From Balanoglossus misakiensis (Eukaryota > Animalia > Hemichordata): DNA of 64,000 nt. The notes under the pieces were generated by a model that saw only the letters and a program-made list of their open reading frames with translations, was not told the DNA's origin and did no database searches. Positions 20,666-34,000 of this stretch are shown here, one piece after another. The stretch is taken from NCBI GenBank assembly GCA_040954595.2, contig CM082595.2:395690-459689 (forward strand), read 5' to 3'. A program made the translations under genes and the position numbers. Numbering within the stretch: position 1 is the first letter of the stretch; each line of letters starts with the position of its first letter.

Positions 20666-21217
20666 CTGAAAACAGAAACAGAAAAAGAACAAAACTTGAA
20701 GTTATCCAAGAACTATGCAAAACTACGTCTGTGGCTTGATCACAGATGAATGCTGGGACTGACCTCAACATCTGAATCACAGAAAAGAGAGAAGTTGTTG
20801 ACTGCAAATGACCTTGAGGCACAAATTGCTCAAAGACAAGAAGTACCATGGGAATTACAACCTCTCTTACTCTTAGGTATAGCTGCTGAATGCCCTGAGA
20901 GCCAGTCCATGTGTTCATCAGACATTAGTAAATTGAATTGAACTTGTACTTATAGTAATGTACCTACATACATGTATGTATGTATAAGGCCTTATCAGGG
21001 GAGGATTTTGTTCAAACTTGAGTAAAGCCCTTCTTAACAAATAATCTTTCTTGTAATAAACACCCACCTTAATAACACTTTTAATCATCTACTGAACGAG
21101 GAAAAGTGAAAGCTTTTTGTTTTTGTGAATCCACACTGAGTCAGGAGATTTCAAAATAATTAGTAGTTTTAATAAAATTAAATGGAGGATTTTTATTCTT
21201 CTGTAAATCTCTTACTC

Positions 21218-21268
21218 TGTCTATCTCTGTTTATCTATCTATGTGTCTATCTAGCTATCTATCTATCT
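21218..21268 (+). repeat. Imperfect (TCTA)n microsatellite
   Basis: TCTATCTATG...CTATCTATCTATCT visible. Confidence 0.75.
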
Positions 21269-24200
21269 GTGCAAGTTTCAGTTGCGTGCAACAGAAATGT
21301 GCTTCTCAAATCCCCCATCACTCCTGCAAATGATTGACTACTTTAGCAACTGCTAAATGGACGACACTCTTCCATTCCAAGCCCCTACAGCATTACGGAA
21401 GATTCATGCTCCAAACACATCCATTTACAGACACGTAACAAATCTGACTAACAGTTCACCCTGGCAGATTTCAGCACACTTAGCACTCCAAATTATCATC
21501 TCTCCTTCGCTCCATCAGCAGCCTGGCTGAGCAAAGACACGCAAATTTTCTAAGTCTGTCATTTCCTGTTAAAAGCGATTGTACGCTTTCCCAGAGGGTG
21601 TCTTGAGAAGAGATAGGGAAGGCTTGAGCCAGATAAATAATGCAATGGCTACATCTTTTTGCACAAACTCTTGAGTGCTTTCAATTGAAGGTCTTTCTAT
21701 CCTGCCTGATACAAGTAATTTAATTTGAAGGCAGTCGTTGTCACGCAGTTAAAAAAAACTGCAACTGATCAGAATGATGTAGAATTTTTACATTTACTGA
21801 GCCAATCCATGTACCACCAATCGTCCGTTCGCAAGGGTCATTGGCTCGACTACATTGCATGTACAGACAGAATCAAACAGACTATGCATTGTTACGGTTC
21901 AAAAGCTTGACACTTGTATAAGGTCAACTGTTTGCAGTCGTGAGTGAATGTGCAACATTAAAAAACTCTCATAAACTTATACAACGTATTTTTCCTGTCA
22001 GATGTGGTGAAGTGCTTATTCAGGCAGGTGACACAGTAAATGTTCATCTCACGTCTATGCAATGGCTTTTTCTGTTAAAAAAAAAAACTGAAACAAAATG
22101 GAAACGGCCACCAAATTGATGACAATTTTGCAAGATAAGTCAAGTCAAGACCTACAATCTTAGTTTTTCACATTAATTTTCTGACATAAAAAAACATGAT
22201 ATTCTTTATTTTTACTACTTAGTCATGCCATTCGGTTTTCATTTGCAGAACAGCAGACCGACAACTTGAGGGAAATCATTCTTGCCAATTCAGGGGTGAA
22301 TGTATTCAAACAATTTCAACATTAATCAGTTTAATTCCATGTTGTATTGATGATAAAATGCAATTTTCCCCCTCTAAAATTTAATCAGCCTGTTCTGGCT
22401 CTAAAAGCAACACACACATGAGTCATTAATGGACGCACAAACCCAGAGGCCAAAGTTATTTTCCCATTATGACGATCGACTTATTATTGATCATATATGG
22501 ACGGCTGCCAGGGTTGTCATACATGCTCTGCCCAGCAATTAAATTGAATTTGAAACAAGCCAACCAACCAGGGACCTGATATCTTTTTTATGACATTCCA
22601 AGAAATGAAATAAGTTAATAACCTTAATTGGATTCTGGTCTCTTAAGACACAGCCCTTCAAGCTCAGCAAAACCACTTGTCGGATACAATAAGTCCTGCT
22701 CCAGATTATTTACTTTCAGTGCAAAGAAAACAGTAAAAGGTAGGTTCGAGGAGAGTGAAAGACAAATCTTATAAAAATGTCTGTCGTAGCCAATCTACTC
22801 AATTCTTGATTGGAGTCTGGCTACATAGAGTCTTTTCTCCCATGATTCAGTTCAGCTTCACAATGTCTGCGTCGGTTGCCCCGGGCACCTGTTGAGCTGC
22901 CATGGCAACAGTGACAAGCAACTGTTTAGGGGGAAAACTCTTTCCTGTTGCATTAAAATCTTGGCGGGACACTTCTTGACCGAAAATGTCTGCATAAAAA
23001 TAAAAGTTTATGGAGACCGCGTTTCGGATCAGGCAGGTGTTTGGTTGGTGAGGATGAAGAAACTGAACAATAAGCTTCGAATAAACCTGTTCAGTTTTCT
23101 TTTTATCTTGTTTACAGTGATCATGAATTATACATAGTGTACTTGCAAAACTTGAAAAGAAAGAACAGTTACACAATATCTGCAGTGATGCAGACAGAAA
23201 CGGAAGTTATCCAGTCGCCCACGGGTTTCTTTGCATATGAACATTTTAAAATGACGGATTCTGAAGGATTTCCATTTTTCTCAAATTCTAATCCTCAGGT
23301 GTCGGCTAGACTCTCTGTAATAAACACAAGCCTAAGCAATGAATAAAATATATGGTTGGTCTTTTTCTAGACGAGCACTTCCGCTAGTGAAGACACATGT
23401 ATATTTTAAGACATGTTACCGAGATATCCTCTTTTTAGAGCACAGACACCACTGGGCAGATTGGAAAAGAACTGTCAATGAATTAGTGAGGTGGTGACAA
23501 CACTGATAATCTCAACGTTGCAAGACTTTTACTGGTAAACATACAGGTTTGATGCAAAGAAATTTCTCATTAAGATTATTGAAGGCACGCCTCTTGGGAG
23601 AAATAGTTAAGGAGTAAAATGGGAACAAAATTTTTGGCATAAGAATGATTTGAACGTAATCATTCATAACCATGCATGATGACATTAGTGAAACAGCTAC
23701 GTTAGTGTATACTGTGAGTGGCATCATTCTTTTATGTATGGTACATTGTGGGGTGAAATGGAGGAGTGGGGGAGGGGAGGGGGGCTAAGTGCATTGCATG
23801 TACAGGTCTTGTGCATTCCAGCATATTCCTCCAGGGAATGGTGGTCTCCATAGAGAGTTCCTATTTGGGAAACAAGTCTCCTTTCCGGCGTCACTTTTAT
23901 TGAAGTGATAAGAAATGTCTCAGAAGACATCTTACTAGTTGCAAAAATGCATTGAAGAAGAGATTGAAATTTCAAACGTGTATGTAACTGTACAAAATTC
24001 GTATCATAAAAGCATTGGCACCAGAGAAAAATTTGATATTCTGGATGGATCCACTCTACGAGACAGTTCAATGAAAAGAGAAACTTTCATTCATTCCCCA
24101 CTCTCATGAACATATATATTGTGTACTTTTAAAAACAACTCCTAAGGTATTTCATGTAATATCAAGCTTCCTTGCCAAAGAAAGACAAGGAAGCAGAATT

Positions 24201-27200
24201 TGCTGTTACCTGGAAAGCAATCAAGCAAGTCGAACAGACAATAGACCCAGCAAGCGCTTGTACAAAGAAAATCACCCGCGAAACACGTCATAGATAGTGG
24301 ATTATTGTCGGACAAAAAAGAGAAATTTCCTCGCACAATGGCCACCTCGCTGTGAAAATGTCATCTATTCTGGCAGAATCATTAACACTGCAAATAGCAC
24401 GTGAGGTTTACCAATCTCCTCCGAGCCGGGACATAATAGCTGGCAATCTCGTCGTATACTTTTCACATTTATTGAAATTGCTGCCACCGTGAAAAGTTCA
24501 TGCAAGGGATCAAGCTATGCTTTATTCTCTAATTATCTGTTTCTGTGGGGAGGCCATACAAAAGTGGAATAATATACAAGACCTACGGTGCTAAGTGGGA
24601 AGCTAAGGTATAGGAACGCGTGGGTGTTAGCACTTTTTTTCTCAAAATATTGAAATTCACATTTTGACAATGAACAGGAAATGTTACTAACATTGTTAGA
24701 TCCCATGTATTATAACTACAAACACCAAATACTATTTTGGTCATTTGGTTTCATTTGACGAATGAATATTCAGTTCAAAGAGACGTGCTGAAATATCAGT
24801 AAGCTTCCGAGATGTTTGAAAATTACAATTGCGGAGAAACAACGCTTTTTCTTGGTCTGGCCATTATGACAATATGAGTGTTAAACCTGTTACTTCCAGG
24901 AAATTGGCCAAACGACGGAATTAGCACAGCAAAAACATAAGACAGTTTTCGGGATGAATTATTTTCACAACACACCTGGCCACCTGCACACAATTATACT
25001 TGAGATAATAGATCTCTTTGTGTTTTATACTTTTAAGGGTCTTTCGGTCTTTCAGCCCCCAGATCAAATTCAGTGAATTATAGCGCACTTATAAAAAGAA
25101 TACTTCACCGGCAAACAAGGAATTAAAATAATCGTCTTTAATTTACCTCTATCTGTTCTGTCTCCCCTGTATCTAGTGACAATAAACCGCTCAGACAGAG
25201 ACTAGACTCCATCCATGGTAACATTAGAGCAGTGCCTCCACTTGTTCTAAAATGATTTAGGGTCTTATTTCTCAGAGGAAACAACGTCACACTAAATCAG
25301 GATACATTTAGTTTGCAGTCTCTATACTAACGGGAATACTAATCTGACTGCTGTCAACATTACAACCTTGAGTTTAACTTGGATTATGAGCGCGATCTGC
25401 CTTGGGTATCCAAATCCCATTGCAGGCCACCATTGCAGATCAGGGGTAATGTACTCCATTTCTAACACTAGTAACAGACATCAGTACTCAAACATTTGTA
25501 CATTAAAGGTATACAATCACCCATATATTGTTTAACCCGCGTATCTATGACTGTGTGGTGGCCACCCCATGAAAAACTACCATTGGCTAGAGATCTCAAC
25601 TTGCCATGGTAACTGCTACTAAATTTGCATAGGTGCCCCATTTCTTCTACTGTGACCATGGGGTTGTGCACTTTTTTGTGTGGCCCCAACTGAGAGTCTG
25701 TGACTGGCTAGATCTTCAGTATTCACAGCATCTTTTAGAAGATTTATATCAGTGACAGTGTCACTTTAAACTGTGACAATCCATTTCCTAGTGGGTACGT
25801 CACTACCATATGCTGTCACTGTTTGAAAGCTGTACCTTTTAACAACTTACACAATCCTTCAGGGGGCTCCAGGTACTTATCTGTCCTTCAGTCAGAAAGT
25901 CGTGACTGCGGAGAGATGAATCACTTTTTTATGACTCAGGAATATCTAATTTATGAATTTCAACATGTTATATCGATAGGGATTGTTCCCACTCATAAAA
26001 ACTCATGAATCTGTGGACTGTCATGACTCGAAGGAAGGAAATGAAATCCCTAGTAATAAAAGATCTGCCACCTGCCATACAAATACACAATAGTGAGTCA
26101 ATATTTGACATTACAGGTTACAAGTTGTGCATAGGCAATAGTCTCTGCAGTTTAATGCACTTTGACTTCAGGTCACAGATAGCATGTTTTTCTTTTTTAC
26201 CCCGTGTCCTGATCAGCGTTGCACAATCGATTTTTGCGAGGCAGTTTCACTAATGACCTGCTGAGTGCCCTGTGACTTGATTGGAAAATGAAATCTGTTT
26301 CTAAATAAGGATTTATTTCAAAGAAACAGGGGTTTTTAAACCTCAGTTGCTGTCTCGTATTTGAATTGTTTTTATGATCTCAATAACGTCTTAGTTTACG
26401 GCTATGAAGCGTTCCAGTTGCTGCTTTATACTGGTAGTATTTTTACGTTCTTATTAACTTTGCAGTTGTGAACAAGGTTTATCCTTCTGACTCTGGTTTA
26501 CTGCATGTGAGAGATTCAGTCTGCAGGAGCAGATCTTGTTTGCCATCTAGGTGACGTGTGTCTGTACCTTCTCTCAGACTCATTTCAGGTGTGTCTATAA
26601 GCGAGGTGATGTTCGCCTCGGGCACACAAAGAAGAGACTATCAACACCTCATTTTCTCTCAAGAGAAAGCCAATTAATGCTAAATCATACATTTTGTGAC
26701 AGTGACAACTATCGCACACAAAAGAAGACTACACACTGTACAAATAAAGGGAATCTGTGTGACAGATCCAAGTGAGTCTGGCCAAGACACATCTCAGACA
26801 AGCCTGAGACTCTTCACCCCAGTGTAATTCTATTTGGCGTATACCAAACCTCTGTGAAATCCTTGCTCTGCTTATAATCTAAGCTCAGCGCACTGGTTAG
26901 ATTTGAAACCACAAGACACATTAGTGGAACTGGCAAAAAATAACAAATACATGTATATGGTGCCACAACTCCCCTGCCAAATACAGGTTTCATTAGCCGC
27001 GTCATTATGAATTTTTGCAGGAACATGCAGTCAATCAGGGCAACAATAAAAATTGGTAAGTGGAGTTTGAAGAGGAAAATCTTTTTGAGTTGCGGTGAGA
27101 TGTCATGACTCTGCCTTCAGTCTGTTGAATGGGATCAGATGTGTCAGCGTTTGTTAATGCGTTCTGCTTGACAAGGCATGGCGCAGACTAACACATCTTA

Positions 27201-28130
27201 GGAGCTGGTCTCCTCATTACTGCCAAATGGAAGAGGCAAGGGGCAATTTGTCAGACTTTTTAACCTGTCTTGCAAAGGGTCAGTGATTTTACATGGGGGA
27301 GAAGTACACACACAAAAACCTAAAGCTCTTCAGTGTCAGGAGAGCAGAAAAAAACAGGAATACTAATGTAGAATAGATCACTGAAGCAATTTATCCTGAT
27401 GTGATTTCAGTTTCTCTTTTCAGGTGAAATCATGGCCTTAGGGAGACATCTTCAAGGAGGCTAGGAGTTATGAATAAGTGTGGGAAAACCACACATAGAC
27501 TGTAGCGCTATAGGGGTGCCTGTTTGTTAGTTTGCGGACAAGAAAACGAGACTGCACACATAGCCGGTTTTAGGATACTGATGAGTGAAAACTTAACTAC
27601 TAGTAGTCCAACATCACAAACTTTAATACCATATAAAAAGGGGCAAGCTCCAACTGGACAACATCTGTGAATCAGTCACTTTGAAATTAGTACCCAAGTA
27701 AATGTTGCAAATGTCAAACACTGCCAATTGATTTTGAAGCTGTTGGTTTTCTCAACTCCAGCAAAAACATGGGACCTATGGATATTAGCATGTGTCAATG
27801 TTTGCTGTGTTAACATCTGAGATCCTGTCCATTGCTTTAGTTTCCTGCAATATTAAGATATTGAGAGGCTCATATTGAGGATAAAACTTGCATGTCGACC
27901 TGGGCACACACACCCACTCATTCGCAAACTCTGCCTGCACCTGTGACTTTGTCAAAATTTCAGGGGCGACCTGCAACACTTTGAATGGTGTCATTTCATT
28001 GAAGTTATCATTTGATAATTGAAACATCTGTTGCACAAATCTATGATCGGAGTTCTGTGCCAACCCTTGGTCAGCAAATTTAGAACCCTGTTCTCACATC
28101 TCACATTATCAGCATACAAATACATAAAAC

Positions 28131-28296
28131 ACAGTAAAACCTGTCTAAACCAAACCCTGTCTAATCAGGAAACCTGTCTATACTGAACACAATTTCTAGT
28201 CCCTTTCACATAGCACCACAGGACAAAAGACCCTCTATAAACCGAACACCACTGCAAACCAATTTCTTCGGTCCCTTCGGTGTCCAGTTTAACAGA
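28131..28296 (+). mobile_element. Degenerate Tigger/pogo-like MITE relic
   Basis: Begins CAGTAAAACCTGTCTAAACC with three subterminal CCTGTCTA repeats and an internal TTCGGTCCC; right TIR decayed. Confidence 0.4.
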
Positions 28297-30941
28297 CTAC
28301 ATCAGGATAAGTAAAACAGCTAGTGACACAAGCTGCACAGTACATGGAAAATAGCTAACACTCAGCTAAACCATTGTGAGCACAATGCTAGCAAATCGCG
28401 AAAGAACACCTGATCTGTACTGTACCAAAATATATGTACAGTTTGGTGTGAACAAAAAGCCAATTGATCAGAAACTTCTCTGCATCGACTGACAATCACA
28501 GTGCACTCACAGAGGCAATTGCAGAAGCAGTGTAAATTGGCACCTCCTTTTAATAATCTGCAAACTTGTTCAATGAAAACCCCCAGGGAGACGGACTGGA
28601 TCAGTTGGTCGGTGATGAATAGGAAAACCTCTAAAATTGATTTCCCTCAAGCACAGAAAGTCTGCAAATATTTCCCCCGAACCTTATCGCATTCCCTATT
28701 CTGGAAATCCCAGGATAAACACACCATCATGTTGGAATGGAAAATCTGTTGAGTTTTATTATGTATTCTTCAGAGTGACAATATTTGACAATTTCTGTAG
28801 AATGATGGTTTTGCCACAGAACTAATTTATAACATACTTTCTATTTTCAACTGATGCAACACTTAAAGCATGACCACAGTTTCTACATTTGTCATTTAAG
28901 TTTTCTGAATCGGCCAGCACCCTGTAAGAGAAGTATTATGACTGGGTCAACCAAACATGAAATAAAATCAACAGGTGGTCATTAATTTCTTGTTAAATGT
29001 GGAGAACATTCAACATTTTAAACGTGTGAACATATTTTGTACAGAAAGGTCTCTTTCTTCCAATACACATCAGTAAATCAAATAATGATGCCTGCAATAC
29101 AACCAAAGTTAGCAATGTATCACCACTACAATGAGCCCTCAGTTACCTCCAAATTATGCAGAGACATGCTTTACGACAACCTAACATGTAATGTTTTCTG
29201 AGAACTGTTCAAACAAGGGCTGTTTGTCAAGCTTACATTGGCAAGATTTGACTTTATTAAACGCACACAGACGAATCATTGCCTGCAGGCTCTGTAATAA
29301 AATGAAATGAAATCGTAATCAGGGCTAAGTCGGAGGTGACAGCCTCAAATCTCAGCCAATTTATTACCCACCATTTTTCATCATGAAGCACAGTTGTGTT
29401 GTTTGAACTTTATGAAGAATCCAAGCCTCTCTCCAAACACCCGTGGGTGACCCCGACCACACGAAGCAATTTTCCCAATAAGAGCATAAATGACACGATT
29501 TTTGATGAAGCACTTACGCTATAAACTACTTGAAAGATACTGTGATTGAATTTGCTTTCTCCAGATGAGTTGCAATAGATAGACTTGGTCTGAATCCTTT
29601 CAGACTCATTTCAAACACATTTACAAATACAAAATATACTCCACCTTTTTTACAATTGTGATGGTGGTTCAGTTTTGTGATCGCAAGTATCAAGTTACAA
29701 AAAAAAATCATTAACCATGTGCCTTAGTATCACTGAATAGAGTGTGGACATGATCAGACAGCATAGACTGCCATTTGAGGGGATCGAACCAACGAAAATG
29801 AAAGGCTTTACATGAACATCTTTCCACGTCTTGTGACTTCTCAGCAGTTCTGCTTTGTAGGGATCAGCTGCAGAGCAGAATTGTAATAAGCAATTACAGA
29901 GTTGTCAGGGGGCAGAAGTCAAAGGTGACATTTGATGTCTTGATGTATACTGCCTCAGCTGTTTGTACCATCTGCCGGGGACGATGAAGAAATTAGGGTT
30001 ATGCAATTCAATGACATCGCAATAATCTAACCACTATGACTTTTTCTCTGCATTGCTTTCTCCAGAATATTCTCAGTCGATATCCCCAACTGACAATTCT
30101 AATCTCTTTTTGAAGTCACTGTTTTACCGACTTGACTACAGAAGCTATTGCATATAAGCAAAGCACAGACATCACTGAGACAGTTGACAGCAAAACCAGA
30201 TATCATATAAAGGCCATATAAGTATCCTCTACTTCCACACTTGTAAGGTACTTATAAGGCCTGATGCAAAAATATTTGGAAAATTGCAGTTGTTTAGATT
30301 TGTTTTTCATTAAATTTTTCTTCCTACTCTGCCACTGGATATTAGCAGTGAAAACTTTCAATGTCTCATCAGGTTCATATAAGTCTTCCTCACAAAGGCA
30401 CTCGCTTATTTCAAACACCACTTAAATGCAAATTTCTCGGTGATGAGATTTCTTAGTTCCTGGGTGTGGGTGTGTATGGCTTGAAGGGATCGTTTGCCTC
30501 AAATCAAGGGCTTTATAGAAACCAACGACAGGAAATTAAAGTGGCTTTGAAGGGTTAGATTGACTCAATATTCACAGCTATTTTACATTAATTTAATGTC
30601 ATTAGCCTGGAAGGATGGGTGACTCTCTTAACAACAGATCTTAGTCTAGAGATGAAATTGAAATTTTGCAATATTACACTACCCCTTAAGGAAGCTGTGT
30701 AACATGGTTTGGGGGTGGGAATTTCATCATTTCACAGTAATACAGCATGTACACAATTCAAGGTATACATGTAATCAGGCAGTGCAAAATGTTGTAGCCT
30801 CAGCCTTTACCATAAATGCTGACTTGATGAGCAAAAACATCCCTCAAGATTCCTGGAGAGATGAAACCATCAAGTCACATTTATACAGAGCAAAAACAGG
30901 AAAGGATGAGCAAGATAGCATCAACAAAATGAAGCACTTAC

Positions 30942-31092
30942 TTCCTGGGGAGTGGTATCGTTTTGCATAAGGAACTCCGAAATATTGCTTGGCCGTATCC
31001 AGGAATTTCATTCGCAGAGACCACATGCGTTCTGTGTCCAGCTTTGCAGACAGCTCTCTTTCCTTCATCAGTTGCTCTGTTCTGTGCTCTGC
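30942..31092 (-). CDS. NlpC/P60 N-terminal exon (AEHRTEQLMKERE...KFLDTAKQYFGVPYAKRYHSPG)
   Basis: TTTTCACACAG acceptor, GTAAGT donor, 151 nt, phase 0 to 1; A..Y.GVPY motif; joins in frame to 20665 across a 10.3-kb intron. Confidence 0.88.
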
Positions 31093-34000
31093 CTGTGTGA
31101 AAACATCATAAAGAAGAAGACCATATATGTCAGTACTGGTATAGAGAAATGCCGCCAAGTTTATCATGAAATATGTTGTTGTTTGCAAATGAGATACTAC
31201 ACTATGGTTGTGAAAGGGTGAATTTTGCAAATTTTTGAAAAAGCGTTCTGTGAAAAAATAAAGTAGCTGTGAAAATAACACCCAGATAGGAACATGGGAG
31301 ACAAAGTAAAGCTACTTAAAGACAATTTAAAACATGAAATACTGTTTTCTGTATGCCAGTGTATATCAATATTTGATGACTGTTTCTGGGAATTCCTATC
31401 ACAAAATGTAAATTCATCTTTTACATTAGCCCAAAGGTGATGTAAATGGCATGCAATGGTCGCCATGACGTGATATTCAATATTTCCCTGCTCTCTATTC
31501 CAGGTAGATTATTTTAAATTTTCAGATCAAATTACCTTTCTGGGAAACAAACAGGCATGAACTTTAATTATTAATTTCGCTGCTGTTAGAATTCTATGAA
31601 GGCGATATTAAAAAGTGTAGGGGACAAAATCCGATGCCTTGATTAAACCTGAAACCTTTCAACATCAGAGTGGTTTGAAATAGAAACTGTTTTTGTAATA
31701 AGCCAACAAATTATTTTTTATACTTTCATAATCTATAAGTGGAGGACACACACTGATTACAATAACGATATTGAAAATACATACAGGTGTGTCATGTTAT
31801 ATTTATACCAGGGTTTTAAAATTGTTGCAATTGAAAAGAGTACCAACACAGTACAAAGTATACACACAAACCGAGTAAATAATATATTGAATATTCATAT
31901 TTATAGCCTTGACTCTCTCTTGCCTGACCTTTATGGTCAGAGCCAGACGCAGTCACCCTGTCCTGTTTCTCGTTTGACACCCCTCCCCCCCCCCCACCTC
32001 CCTTTTCCAAGGTGATTCAGAAAAGAACACCCGACCCAGACATCACTATTGCAGATGGCAGACCTCCAGCTGCACACTCCATGGACAATAGCAACCAGCA
32101 TTCATCTGCAATCGGGCACCTCCCATCCAATTTGCAAAGGCTGTTTCGGTCTCACATGAATGGCTAAATTGGGCCACCGACGCATAAATTAACACCCGCA
32201 GCCAAACCAAGGCCACCGTACAGCAAATATCACAGCTTCTGTTGATTGTGAAAATTGACTCAATTATCAAATCAAACGATTGCAAAATTCCAATCGCTCA
32301 ACCGGGCGCAAAATACAATATTTAGATCACTGACTTTGAGTGGTTTGTCACATTTTTGTCAAAACACGATTGTTGAGCTGTCACACCGACACATCAACAT
32401 GTGGCACAGGCTTCAAGCATTTTGCTGATTTGTGGGGAAACATTGCCGCTCTGAGGAAAGCGATCCTGGCACTTTGTGTGTCAACATTTTCGTTTCTACA
32501 TTTGACACAGTCTGTTATCACAAGAACAGTTGCCTTGGAAACTCGTCAGTCTTGACTAATGCGTCGATGGAAAGATCATTAAGCATGTGAACTTGCTGAG
32601 TGTTTCTTACGATTTTGTTATACCATGACAACAGTATACGTCTGCCATAATCTACACAGATCAATACTTTTCAGCCATTAAACCCTTTCCATAACTTGAC
32701 TGGAATCCTGCATAACCCTGTTCCCTTGAGGATGACATTTTCATGCACGGTTTGACACCAGAGCCACAGAGGCACATCAATTCACCGCAAAACCAATTAG
32801 ACATCAACTCACTCCCCATTCTTTTGTCACATTTTGTAAACAGCCTATTCTTTGCAGCTCAAAACAGAACTGTTCTATCCTACAAACAAAATTACACTTG
32901 GCAAAATTGAAATGAAAAACGATAAAATTTGTGTTGTCTGCACTTCATAAAGGGTTTTATGACTGGTTTATTGTCATGCGTCTGTTTATGATTCTCAACT
33001 TAATTAGATCGCTGAGACTAACCTTTATATCTCACGTTTGTGTCTGGCAGAATAGATGATGCATTGCTAAATTAAATACATGAAAGGAACCGACAGAATT
33101 TTATGGCCCAATGCAAAACATGATATATATGAACCCGGTGTATACTGCATATACAGAAATAAACGTCCTTCATTTGAGAAATTTTTAAAGAGATCAATGA
33201 CTCTTCCCAAAGCATGGAACAGATATAATATATACAGAGAAACTTTTATTTTATCTCATTACACAATTTTTCCAAACATATCATTTGATATATTTACACT
33301 TTGGTAAAAAAATTTCTTTGATCAAACACTAACCAAGTACGTCTGGAGAGTCATGCAGGGTTGACACACAGTATTTCAAGTAAAATATTAACGAGTAGAT
33401 CGTATCTCTCCATTCCACAAAATGGATTTGATTCTGCACAAGCTTTGATTGTTGTTTTTAAAGTTTTCCTACAAAGTTACGACTTATTCTTCAGCCAAAA
33501 TAAGCGGCCGCGATAAACCTCCCATGGTATTGCCTGAGGCTTTTCAAATCCCCAATAGCACTGCAATGTTATATCTGCAACAGCTCACACGCTGAAATAA
33601 TTGGCTTTTTTCCCCGGCAAAGAAGGAATACAGTTTCATTCCAATTTGCTTCGGTTTATCTGCTATATTAAGAACTGAAGAAAACATCAAATGCGAATTT
33701 CGATCCGAATCATTTCTGTTTGTGTGACGTGGACTCTGTATGCCATGAAATGAAAACGCTATTTCATGAGGTCTGTATGCCTGCTAAAACTTCTGTAATG
33801 AGGAAATCGTTCGAATCACAAAAGAGTCTTCACTCCACAGCTGTGAGGTTGGTAAATTTTGATGACAGCACTATTCAGACCGAAACCGGCCACAAATTAT
33901 TTCTGCACGAAAACATCAAAGTCATTAGAGCTCGTAAGTGGGCAAAGTCATCGCGTCTTGGCAGGAATAAGTGAAAGTATGCCTATTTTTGTCACGGTTC

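Noticed and set aside
25503-25842. Possible Kolobok-type MITE bounded by TTAAAGGTA and TACCTTTTAA
   Set aside because: Terminal match is short and imperfect, and no second copy was found in the window.
19842-31092. NlpC/P60 sequence as bacterial contamination
   Set aside because: Split by canonical spliceosomal introns with consistent phases and embedded in host-like repeats.
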